Source: Eledone cirrhosa (lineage: Eukaryota). Taken from it: a stretch of DNA of 64,000 bases. Of this stretch, positions 53,914-64,000 are shown in pieces (the first letter of the stretch is position 1; each line of letters starts with the position of its first letter). A program made the translations under genes and the position numbers. The DNA is taken from NCBI GenBank assembly GCA_964016885.1, contig OZ024743.1, forward strand, positions 252,588,001-252,652,000. Direction: 5' to 3'. The notes below the pieces were generated by a model that worked only from the letters and a program-made list of their open reading frames with translations, had not been told where the DNA came from and searched no databases.

Positions 53914-54138
53914 TCTGTTTCAATGCCAACACAAGAGCAAGAATGATGAGGTTGTTCTACTCCCATGGCTTAAGAAGCTGTTTGCATCATTGCAAACAAA
54001 TAGAATATTATTATTAATATTCGAAAAACTCAGATTTACATTTCTTGTATTCAGTCATGTAGAGCGATAAAACTATTTGTTAGTTTTTATATATATACAC
54101 ACACACACACATATATATATGTATGTACACACACACAA

Positions 54139-54205
<67 letters not shown>

Positions 54206-54209
54206 TATA

Positions 54210-54422
54210 TCATCATCATTGTTTAACGTCCATGTTCCCCGCTTGCATGGGTTTGGACGGGAGTTTTCCCACTTGAGGCAAGAGTGGTTGTCTTGCTCGC
54301 ATAGGACTGTCTGGCGGGTTTTCTACAGTTGGATGCCCTTCCTAACACCAACCGCATTTACAGTGTGGGGCTGGGAGGATTTTACTGTGTTGCCTACACG
54401 GCCACATTACAGCGTGGACTGT
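54210..54422 (-). mobile_element. Short RTE-tail fragment or RTE-partner SINE
   Basis: Shares the 3' end ..CCCATGCAAGC..GGACGTTAAAC(AAT/GAT)n with the RTE copies. Confidence 0.65.
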
Positions 54423-55174
54423 CTACATATATATATATAAATAAATTAGTCCTTCATCAGTAATCTTCCAACCTTCATTGGTATTTCATCGCTTTAAAGA
54501 CCATATACCTCTGCTTGGTGCGAGCAACGGCTAATGAAAGTCGTTGGGACACGTAAATAGGGGGAACGAGCACAGAGAGAGAGAAAGAGAGAGATTTATG
54601 TAAAGTTGCCATTTTGCCTGATGCTGTGGTTATTGTTGTTTATTGAGAAGGGATATTGGGGCACTTTTTGTAAATGAGACACGGTTGGTGGAGGTGTAGT
54701 TAGTTAGAATATTTGAGGGGAGGTCGTTTGATTGAATAATAAAAAAGATAGCGATGGTGGGGGGGGGGGGGGGGGGTAGAGAAGAGGTTGGTGGAATATT
54801 ACCATAATTCAGCTTTGGCCACAGAACAGTAATTTTTGATATTGATATATAATTATAATTTTGTATATTTTACTTTGATGTGTGTGTATGCATATAATGA
54901 TAATTTTTTCCAGTCTGAAATGGCAAAACATCTAGTTACACATGCGCCATGATAAAAAAGCAGAAGCACACTTCCTTTTTGCTGTCTATATATATATCAA
55001 CCTATGCCTGAATGGATGTAAAGTGATAAAAATTGTGATATAATATATCCATACATACATACACATATATAAATATAACATTTATATATTATATATATAT
55101 AATATAACACACACATATATAAAATATAGATATAACATATCCATACACACACATATATAAAATGATGATGAGAT

Positions 55175-56365
55175 ATCATCATCATTTTACATCTGCTTTT
55201 CCCTGCTTGCAAGGGTGGGATGGGTCCTATTCAGCACAGCATCTCTCTACTTGTCACGGTCCTTCGTCATCGCCTCCGTGTGTTTCAGCGATCTGAGGTC
55301 TGCTCTCAACACTTCCGCCCATGTTTGTCGTGGTCTTCCGCTACTGCATCTTTCTTCTACTGGGATTTCCTGGCAACTTTTCACCCAGCGGTCATCCTCC
55401 ATGTGCATCAAATGTCCATACTCTCTCAGTCTTCTCTCTTGCACACCACAACTTATCCCTCTTATACCCAGTTTCCCTCTCAACTCATCCATGCTTGGTC
55501 ATTCACGCACATTGATATTGCACATCCAATGTAACATGCTTGCTTCATTTCTCTCCAGCCGTTGCATATCCTCTGCAGTTGCTGCCCATATCTCACTACC
55601 ATTCAGCATCATACATCTCACACAGGCATCATATAGCTGACTTTCATATGCAGGGAGAAACCCTTCTTTGTCAACAGAGGAAGCAGCTCCCTAAACTTCT
55701 TCAACCTGACCTTATTCTAGATACTATGGCCTCGGAACACCCCTTCCTATGCTAATATGATCACCTAGGTACTAGAAGCTATCAACCACTTCTATAGAAC
55801 CCACCTGCATTGGGAAAATGTGTCTATCACTGCGATTAATACTGCCAACTTTCCCTGTACATCTGCTACATACATAGTTTTCCCTACCCGTTAGTTTGCC
55901 TGCTATCCCACTACATCTCTTCTGTACCCAAGATCTGCATTGCGTACATTTTATGGAATTTATGCCAGTTCCTTTCCTACATATCGAACATGGCCATTTC
56001 CCTGATGGAATCAGAGTACTGTCCTCTCTTCTACTTATCAACACTTTTGTCTTAGCTATGTTCACTCTTAGTCCTCTTGATTCCAGCTGCTGTTTCCATA
56101 GCCAGAAATTATTCTCTTCCTCCACTACTGATTCTGCTATAAGAACAAGATCATCAGCATAGAGCAGTTACCATGGGCAGCCAGTCTTAAACTGATCTGT
56201 TATGGCTTGGAGGACTATAGTGAACAAGAACGGGCTGAGGACCGAACCCTGATGTACTCCTACTTGTATCTGGAATTCCTCACTAAACTCCATTCCTACT
56301 CTCACTTTACTGACAGTGCCTCTGTACATAGCTTACACTGTCCTTACAAGCCATTCCTCCACACC

Positions 56366-56375
<10 letters not shown>
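55175..56375 (-). mobile_element. 5'-truncated RTE-clade LINE fragment
   Basis: RT 3' half, KWPCSICRKG..C..C finger, GRPRQTW and a (GAT)n tail. Confidence 0.88.
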
Positions 56376-56414
<39 letters not shown>

Positions 56415-56450
56415 CATTTCTGTAAGTATTTTTATACTCAAATACACACA

Positions 56451-57838
56451 CATCATCATCATCATCATTTTACGTCCGCTTTTCCCTGCTTGCAAGAGTG
56501 GGACGGGTCTTATTCAGCATAGCATCTCTCCACTCGTCACGGTCCCTCGTCACGGTCCCTCGTCATCTCCACCATGAGCTTCAATGATCTGAGGATGTTC
56601 TCACCACCTCCGCCCATGTTTTTCGTGGTCTACCTCTACCACGTCTTCCTTCAACTGGCAATTCCTGGCACTTCTTCACCCATCGGTCATCCTCCATGCG
56701 CATCACATGTCCATACCACCTCAGTCTTCTCTCCCGTACACTACATTCTATCCCTCTCAGACACAGTTTCTCTCTCAACACATTTATGCTGGGTCGTTCA
56801 TGCACATTTACACTGCGCATCCAACGGAGCATGCTTGCCTCATTTCTCTCCAGCCGTCGCATATCCTCTGCAGTTACTGCCCATGTCTCACTACCATGCA
56901 GCATTGCGCTCCTCACACAGGCATCATAAAACCGGCCTTTCGTACACAGGGAGAAACCCTTCTTCGTCAACAGAGGAAGCAGCTCCCTAAACTTCTTCCA
57001 ACTCGTCCTTATTCTAGATACTATGGCCTCGGAACACCCTGCTCCCATGCTAATCTGATCTCCTAGGTACCGGAAGCTATCCACCACTTCTATAGCGCCC
57101 TCTTGCATTTGAAAAATGTGTCTATCAGTGCGACTTCTACTGTCTAATTTCCCTGTACATCTACTGCATACATATTTCTCCCTACCTGTTAGTTTGCCTG
57201 CTATCCCGCTACATCTCTTGTGTACCCAGGATCTGCATTGTGTGCATTTTATAGAATTTATGCCAGTTCCTTTTCTGCATATCGAACATGGCCATTTCCC
57301 TGACGGAATCAGAGTTTTGTTCTCTTTTCTACTCATCAACACTTTTGTCTTAGCTAGATTCACTCTCAGTCCTCTTGCTTCCAACTGCTGTTTCCATAGC
57401 CAGAATTTATTCTCTAGCTCCTCTACTGATTCTGCTATAAGAACCAGATCGTCAGCGTAGAGAAACTCCTCTGTTATGGCTTGGAGGACTATAATGAACA
57501 AGAGCGGGCTGAGGACTGAACCCTGATGTACTCCTACTTGTATCTGGAATTCCTCACTAAACTCCATTCCTACCCTGACTTTACTGTACAAAGTTTGCAC
57601 TGTCCTCACAAGCCATTCCCCAACACCTAGCTTCCTTAGGGACCACCAGATGACAGATCGGGGTACCCTATCAAAGGCCTTCTCTAGGTCAACAAAGGCT
57701 AAGTATAGTGGCTTATTTTTCTCTAAGAACCTCTCTTGCAATTGTCTCACCAAGAAGAGGGCATCTGTTGTACTCTTCCCAGGCACAAAACCAAACTGCA
57801 TCTCATCTAGTTTGACCCTTTCTCTAATTAGTTGTGCT
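56451..57838 (-). mobile_element. 5'-truncated RTE-clade LINE fragment (406-aa open RT piece)
   Basis: QFGF, FVDLEKAFDRV, GVHQGSVLSP, LYADD, the PHD-type finger, LRWYGHV and a (GAT)n tail. Confidence 0.9.
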
Positions 57839-58104
57839 ACACATGTATATATATATATATATACACATGTAGGTATATAACTATTGTATAATTTTAACTA
57901 ATATATTATTTATTTAAAAATATAATAATACTGTAGAAAATCAACATGTATATTGCATAACAGTTATATGATAAAGGAATAATGGTAAACACAATCCTAG
58001 AAGCTACAAGGAGAGAGAGCAGAGAACAAATTTGACTAAAGGTGATCAGTGGGCTAGGTGTTGTCAGTTCGACTGACCGCCAGTGGTGAACCACCAAACT
58101 TCAA

Positions 58105-58174
<70 letters not shown>

Positions 58175-58178
<4 letters not shown>

Positions 58179-59477
58179 CTGGGGCATAAAAACTGTTACA
58201 AAATAAAATGCAAATAGTTCTTGAAAAAACATTTATTTCAAGATCTGACTTCAACAAATAATAAGTAATATACTATTAAACAACTGCCCAAAATTTTATT
58301 CGAAATGCTTTCCTCTAGCTCTCACTACTGCTTGAAGTCTTCTAGGAAAGTCTTTGATGGCTGCACGAACAGTTTCCATGGGTATTTTCTCCCATACTTT
58401 ATTCAGTTTTGATTTTAGAGTTTCAATATTTTGGCTAGGAGTAGAGCAGGCTTCACTCTCAAGAATTGACCATAAAGAAAAATCGAGAGAGTTGAGATCT
58501 GGTGATGTGGGAGACCACTCTTCCTTACTGATCCATGCAGGACAATGGTCTCTACACCACTGTTGTGTTACGCAGTCAGTGTGGCTCGTCGCTCCATCTT
58601 GTTGGAGAGTCCAAATATCATCGCCATAAACAGATGTGCACCATGGCATCAGTGCTCCTTCTAAAATATCCTTTATGTAAAGTTCTTTGTTAATTTTAAC
58701 TCCTTGAGGCACAACAATCAGAGGAGACTTCCCTCTTTCAGAAATGGCTGCCCAAACCATCACGAATGCTGGTTTCTGTGTTCTGAACACTTTTCCTACA
58801 CTTGAAGGAATTGATGTGAGACTTTTTGCAAGTAGTCGATCATTTTGATGATTGTGAGACTGCTGCACAGTGAATAAATTCTCATCTGTAAAGATGATGT
58901 TTTGCAGCGTGCCATCCTTGATACGGTTCAATAACAGTTTACTTCTGGAGAGCCTCTTTTCAATTGTGGCTGCAGAAAGAAGCTGCCTCTTTTGGAACTT
59001 ATAAGGTGACATCCCCAGATCATCTCGACATATCCTCTGCATAGTTCTCAGCGATGTTTCTGCTTCTTCTGCCATTTTTCTCATGGACCTTCTTGGATTA
59101 CGCCTTATTTTTTCCTTCACACTTTTAACGAGTTTTGGTGTTCTTGAGGTGCGAGGGCATCCGGATTGAGGTCTGTCTTTGGTCGAGGAAGTTTCCTTAA
59201 ATCGATCGATTATCCTTTTGATCAACATTTTATTGATCTTAAGAATTTTCCCCAGTTTAAATATCATGGGTGGAGTCAGGCTCTTTTTATGCTTCTCTAT
59301 TATGAACTTTCTTTTCAATTCTATGGACATTACAAATAGTTAATGGAATAATGTTCTGAAAAATAGTTAATATGGTTATAGTGCATGGATTTGATACAAA
59401 TATATTAGTTATATTAGCAACATAATGTACTTTTAAATTGGTTTAAAACTTTGTAACAGGAATTATGCCACACCCTT
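58175..59477 (-). mobile_element. Tc1/mariner-superfamily DNA transposon, DD37D (maT) family, about 1.3 kb
   Basis: Imperfect 27-bp TIRs (CAGACTGGGGCATAAAAACTGTTACAA vs AAGGGTGTGGCATAATTCCTGTTACAA) with TA-repeat flanks. Confidence 0.9.
58296..59330 (-). CDS. DD37D transposase, 344 aa, uninterrupted
   Basis: N-terminal HTH region, FTDE, QQDGATSH and SPDLNSLD, with 37 residues counted between the second and third D. Confidence 0.93.
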   Translation of the reverse strand: MSIELKRKFIIEKHKKSLTPPMIFKLGKILKINKMLIKRIIDRFKETSSTKDRPQSGCPRTSRTPKLVKSVKEKIRRNPRRSMRKMAEEAETSLRTMQRICRDDLGMSPYKFQKRQLLSAATIEKRLSRSKLLLNRIKDGTLQNIIFTDENLFTVQQSHNHQNDRLLAKSLTSIPSSVGKVFRTQKPAFVMVWAAISERGKSPLIVVPQGVKINKELYIKDILEGALMPWCTSVYGDDIWTLQQDGATSHTDCVTQQWCRDHCPAWISKEEWSPTSPDLNSLDFSLWSILESEACSTPSQNIETLKSKLNKVWEKIPMETVRAAIKDFPRRLQAVVRARGKHFE

Positions 59478-59657
59478 TATATATATATATAATTCGATTT
59501 GCAATTCGAACACATGTATACTTGTATCGGTGTTCATCCCTCTCATATAGTCAATTATATTACACATGTATATATATATATCATAGATTGAGTTAGAAAC
59601 TCAAAATAGTCTTTTACAATTAAATAGCTCAAGGAAGGGAATCTTTCCGAGCCGTGT

Positions 59658-60190
59658 AATACAAATGAATATATGAGAGGGATGAACACCGATACAAGTA
59701 TACATGTGTTCCAATTGCAAATCGAATTAGCTGACCAATACTAATTTAAAACAATATGGTTTGCCTGTCTCGATTTAAAGTAATAAATCAATAAAAATAA
59801 CAAACCTATATTGGGCAACTGCCTTTGATACCCGGACAGATCTAAAATCTGTGTCGCAAGAATTATTAAGTGAAAGCCACCATTCCTGTGCTCTTCTGCG
59901 GGTATCAGGAAATTCGTAACATTCACTTCAAAAGATCTAAGAAGACTGAACTATGTGTTGATATAAAAGCGCATGTTGCAGTGCCTAGCACGTCTTATAC
60001 TCATGCCGCTAAAAATAACTGCCGGTTTTATGAGACTAAAGTTAGCTCTATGTATGGAGCCGAGAATATCATAGATTGAGTTAGAACCTCAAAATAGTAT
60101 TTTTTCAGCCTAACTAACTTGGTCATTTGCAATTTGAACACATGTATACTTGTATCGGTGTTCATCCCTCTCATATATTCAATTGTGTAT
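59658..60190. mobile_element. MITE-like element with about 65-bp TIRs; an extra solo end lies at about 59491-59560
   Basis: ATATATGAGAGGGATGAACACCGATACAAGTATACATGTGTTC..TTGCAAAT is mirrored at about 60125-60180. Confidence 0.75.
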
Positions 60191-60197
60191 ATATATA

Positions 60198-63100
60198 TCA
60201 TCATCATCATCATCACCATTTTACGTCCGTTCTTCCACGCTAGCATGGGTTAGACGGGTTGTCCTGTTGTGGGCAGTGTCTGGTCGGCTGACCATGCCTT
60301 GCTCATACAGGAACTGATTTGGCTTGATTTCTACAGCTGGATGCCCTTCCTAACACGAACCTCATTTACAGTGAGTGCTGGGTGCTTTTTCGTGGCGCCT
60401 ACACGTCCACTTTACAGTGTGGGCTGGGTGCTTTTTTGCCGTGGCACCTCCACGACCACCTTGCGGTGGGGGTGTGGGGGTATATTGTCTATATGCTTCA
60501 GCTTGTACCCATGGGAGGTCGGGTACTCTGTATTACTGCGTGACGCCAGAAGTCACGGTCGTGCGTCATTGCCTTTGAGAGGTGTAATTGGGTAAGGTCG
60601 GCTTTTATCACCTCATCCCAGGTCGTCTTGGGTCTCCCCACTCCGCGGTTTCCATCAACTTCTAGTGCTCTGCACCTTTTTATGCAGCTGTCATCCTTCA
60701 TACGCATCACATGTCCATACCAGCGCAACCGCCTCTCCTGCACACGGCATTTGATTCCTCTTATGCTCAGTCTCTCTCTCAATTCATTTATGCTTTGTCG
60801 TTCACGTATATTATTGTTACACATCCATCGGAGCATGCAGGCTTCGTTTCTCTCTAATCTACGTAAGTCTTCCACCTTCAGCGCCCAGGTCTCACTACCA
60901 TGCAACATCGCTGTTCGGATGCACGCATCATACAGTCTTCCTTTCATTCTGAGGGAGAAGCCTTTTGCAGCTAGCAGTGGTAGTAGTTCCCTAAACTTCT
61001 TCCATCCCGTTCTTACCCTAGTTATTGTACTTTCTGAACACACACCTCCGCTGCTAATTCGGTCAACTAGGTAGCAGAAGCTGTCTACTGTTTCTACAGG
61101 GCCCTCCCAGAGATTGGTGGTACTTGTTTCCTGTGGCTGTTTGCTGCTTGCTGTCTCAGCACAGCTGCTGCATGTGAATCCTACATTCTTAATTAAGCTT
61201 CCTGAGATCCCGCTACATCTCTTGTGTACCCATTGTTTGCATTTGGGGCAGAGAATGGAGTTCCTACCTACACCTTTCCTACATACTGAGCAAGGCCATT
61301 TCTCTGAGGGGATCTGGGTTCTGTTTTCTCGTCTACTTACAAGGACCTTAGTCTTTGTCATGTTGACTTTGAGACCCTTTCTTTCTAGTCCCTGCTTCCA
61401 AGTTTGGAATTTCTTCTCTAGTTCTACCATAGATTCAGCTATGAGTGCGAGGTCATCAGCATACAGGAGTTCCCATGGGCATCCGGTCTTAAACTCCTCC
61501 GTTATTGCCTGCAGGACTATGATGAACAGGAGAGGGCTAAGAACAGAGCCCTGGTGGATCCCAACCTGTACGCTAAATTCCTCGCTATACTCATTGGTAA
61601 TCCTAACTTTGCTGACTGCTCCCCTATACATGGCTTGTACCGCTTTCACAAGCCATTCATCTACACCTAGTTTTCTAAAAGCCCACCAGATTACAGCACG
61701 TGGAACTCTGTCAAAGGCTTTCTCAAGGTCGACAAATGCCAAGTAGAGTGGCTTACTTTTAGCTAGGTACTTTTCCTGTAATTGCCTCACAAGGAAGAGG
61801 GCATCAGTGGTGCCTCTCCCTGGTACAAACCCAAATTGCATCTCGTCTATTTTCACCCGGTCCCTAATCAGCTGTGCTATAACTCTTTCTGTTACTTTCA
61901 TGACCTGGTCCATCAACTTCATACCTCTATAGTTTCATCTATCTAGTGCATCGCCTTTGCCTATGTAGCAGTTGACAATGATGCTACTGCACCAATCTTT
62001 TGGTATGGCACCTTCTAGTATTACCTGGTTAACGATACGTTTGGTTATAGTGTGACCTACAGACCCAGTTGCCTTCAGCATCTCGGCAGCTATACCCGAT
62101 GGACCGGTTGCCTTCCCCATCTTCATATCTTTGATTGCCTTACTTACTACGCTGCTGCTGACTTGTACTGCTGGTCCCTCTATAGGGTCTACTTGGGGTA
62201 GGGTCACTTCTTCCCATGCATTATCCTCATTTAGTAATCTATCATAATGACTCTTCCATGCATCTTTCTTCTCAGCACTTGTGAGGGCAAGCTCACCTTT
62301 ATCATTCCGGATACACTTCTCTCCAATGACATCACAACTATCTCTGACACACTGCCTCGCAATCTTGAATACCTCCTGTTTCTGGTCCTCACGTTGCAAA
62401 ACATGCTTGAATTTTCTATCCTCTGCTTCCCTCCTAGCTAAGTATACTTGTCGCCTAGCTTCCCTCTTGGTCTCTATGTAATGTACCCTGCTCCCCCCGT
62501 TCTTCCATTCTTTCCATGCCCGTCTCTTGGCCTTAACTGCTTCATCTACCTTATTGTTCAACCACCAAGTCACTCTCCTCCTGCTTGAGGTCTTACTCCA
62601 GCCACAGACCTCATCCGTTGCCTCTAGTAAATTATTTTTTAGGAACTCTCAGTTCTCTTCTACATTAAATGTCTCTGTTCTTCTTTACTGTCGTAGGCGT
62701 TGAGTAAAATATCTTTAAATATGTTACTGGTTGAGGGGACTTTCAGCTTCCAGATCTTTCTTCTCCAGGTTGGCCTCTGTTTCCGGGTTTGTCTAGTTCT
62801 GACCGTGAGGTCGCTGACAACTAAGCTATGTTGGGATGTACATTCCTCACTAGGGAAGGCTTTTGTGTTTACGACCGTCCATCTGTCACGTCCTCTGATG
62901 AGGATAAAATCTAACTGACTAGAGTGCTCCCCTGATCTATAGGTGATCAGGTGGTTGTCGGGTTTTTAAAGTTTGTGTTACATATCGACATGTCATTGGC
63001 GTCGCAGAATTCTAGAAGTCTGAATCCTTCCTCATTCCTTGTGCTAACCCCATGGCCTCCATGTACTCTATTGAAGCCGTCGCAGTGTTTACCTACGTGT

Positions 63101-63600
63101 CCGTTAAAATCTCCTGCGATGATTAGCAAGTCATCGTCGTCTGTTAGAGCAGTAGTGTGCATTAGGGACTCGTAAAACCTATCCTTAAGTTCGTCTGACA
63201 GCCCCGATTGGGGTGCGTAAGCTGATATTATTGTAGTAATTGTTTTATTCAGGACTAGTCTGAGTATAATGATTCTTGTGTTTACCCTGTACACTGAGAT
63301 TACTTTATCTACCCACTTGTCAGCTAGTAGTATACCTACACCACCCATCCCATCGTCATTTCCCACCCAGAAAAATTTGTAGCACCGACTTTTTCCTACG
63401 AGGACTCTGGCAGACTCTCCTCTCCATCTAGTCTCTTGCACACAGCATACATCAATTTCCTTTCGCTCTAGCATTTCTACGATTTCTCATGCTCTTCCTT
63501 TCATTGAGCCTACATTGATGGTATCAACTTGGAGTTTTGGGCATTTGTCGACACTCGTAGGGAAGGGTCTCTGGGTTGGCGCTTCACGTGGGTGCTTGGT
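60198..63600 (-). mobile_element. RTE-clade LINE (APE + RT + PHD-type finger), few disruptions; 5' boundary uncertain
   Basis: APE at 62947-63474, linker at 61935-62573, RT ORF at 60498-61922 (LLYADDL, GIHQGSVLSP, finger, LRWYGHV) and a (GAT)n tail. Confidence 0.93.
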
Positions 63601-64000
63601 AGCTCGCAGATTCATATTTCATCTATTGATTCAGAGTTGCTCAAATTTATTCTCAGCTCATCCATCCATAACGGTGGGAAAATGAGGGCTAGAAGAACAG
63701 TGGTGGTGGGATAATGGCAGGGTGTGTTGGGCTGTGACAGGGGAGGAGAGAGTTAGTTAGGTAGTAGTAGTAGTAGTAGTAGCAGCAGCAGCCGTAGGAA
63801 TAGCATGCTGGTGTTTGATTGGCCAAATAGGCTATGGCGGTGTGACGGGTGGGAGAGACGGAAATTGTGAGGTAGGCACTGAGGGTCGCCTTCAAGACCG
63901 CATGGTAAATCCGAAATAATACGACAGAAAAACAGGGTAAATCCGAAATTATACACAGCAGTAATATTAATAATAATAACGTCATAAGAGTTAAGATACC

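Larger units (their letters stand above)
53436..54085. mobile_element. Palindromic element B: two inverted arms of about 200 bp, each with an outward-facing hammerhead ribozyme
   Basis: Arms at about 53436-53630 and 53842-54043 are diverged reverse complements. The spacer is about 210 bp. The element is flanked by (TA)n. Confidence 0.85.

Noticed and set aside
53154-54070. Similar ORFs 53154-53699 (-) and 53849-54070 (+) as paralogous proteins
   Set aside because: The similarity comes from the inverted arms of element B. One ORF runs through a microsatellite, and the conserved signal is RNA structure.
61114-61746. Long antisense ORFs over LINE coding regions
   Set aside because: These are shadow ORFs of the RT-coding strand with no independent motifs.

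Overview
Repeat-dominated eukaryotic DNA, probably from an invertebrate; the SINE families, RTE tails and (TA)n density suggest an octopus-like cephalopod, which is an inference. No confident host gene was found. The window holds a 26-bp minisatellite, R4/Dong-like RLE LINE copies, two near-full-length and several partial Tx1/L1-clade LINEs, four RTE-clade LINE copies with a PHD-type zinc finger after the RT core, a decayed Penelope-like (Naiad-type) element, an intact DD37D (maT) transposase, tRNA-derived SINE clusters, fold-back elements and microsatellites. The most unusual signal is at 52.7-54.1 kb: two adjacent palindromic non-coding elements with largely unrelated arm sequences. Each carries a pair of outward-facing type I hammerhead ribozyme folds around a central spacer, and the spacers share an octamer-like motif. 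A second theme is a set of Tx1 LINEs, Dong-like LINEs and a SINE that all occupy (TAA/TTA)n tracts with fixed strand polarity, including one direct 5'-5' Tx1/Dong fusion. All calls were made by eye; no searches or folding programs were run.
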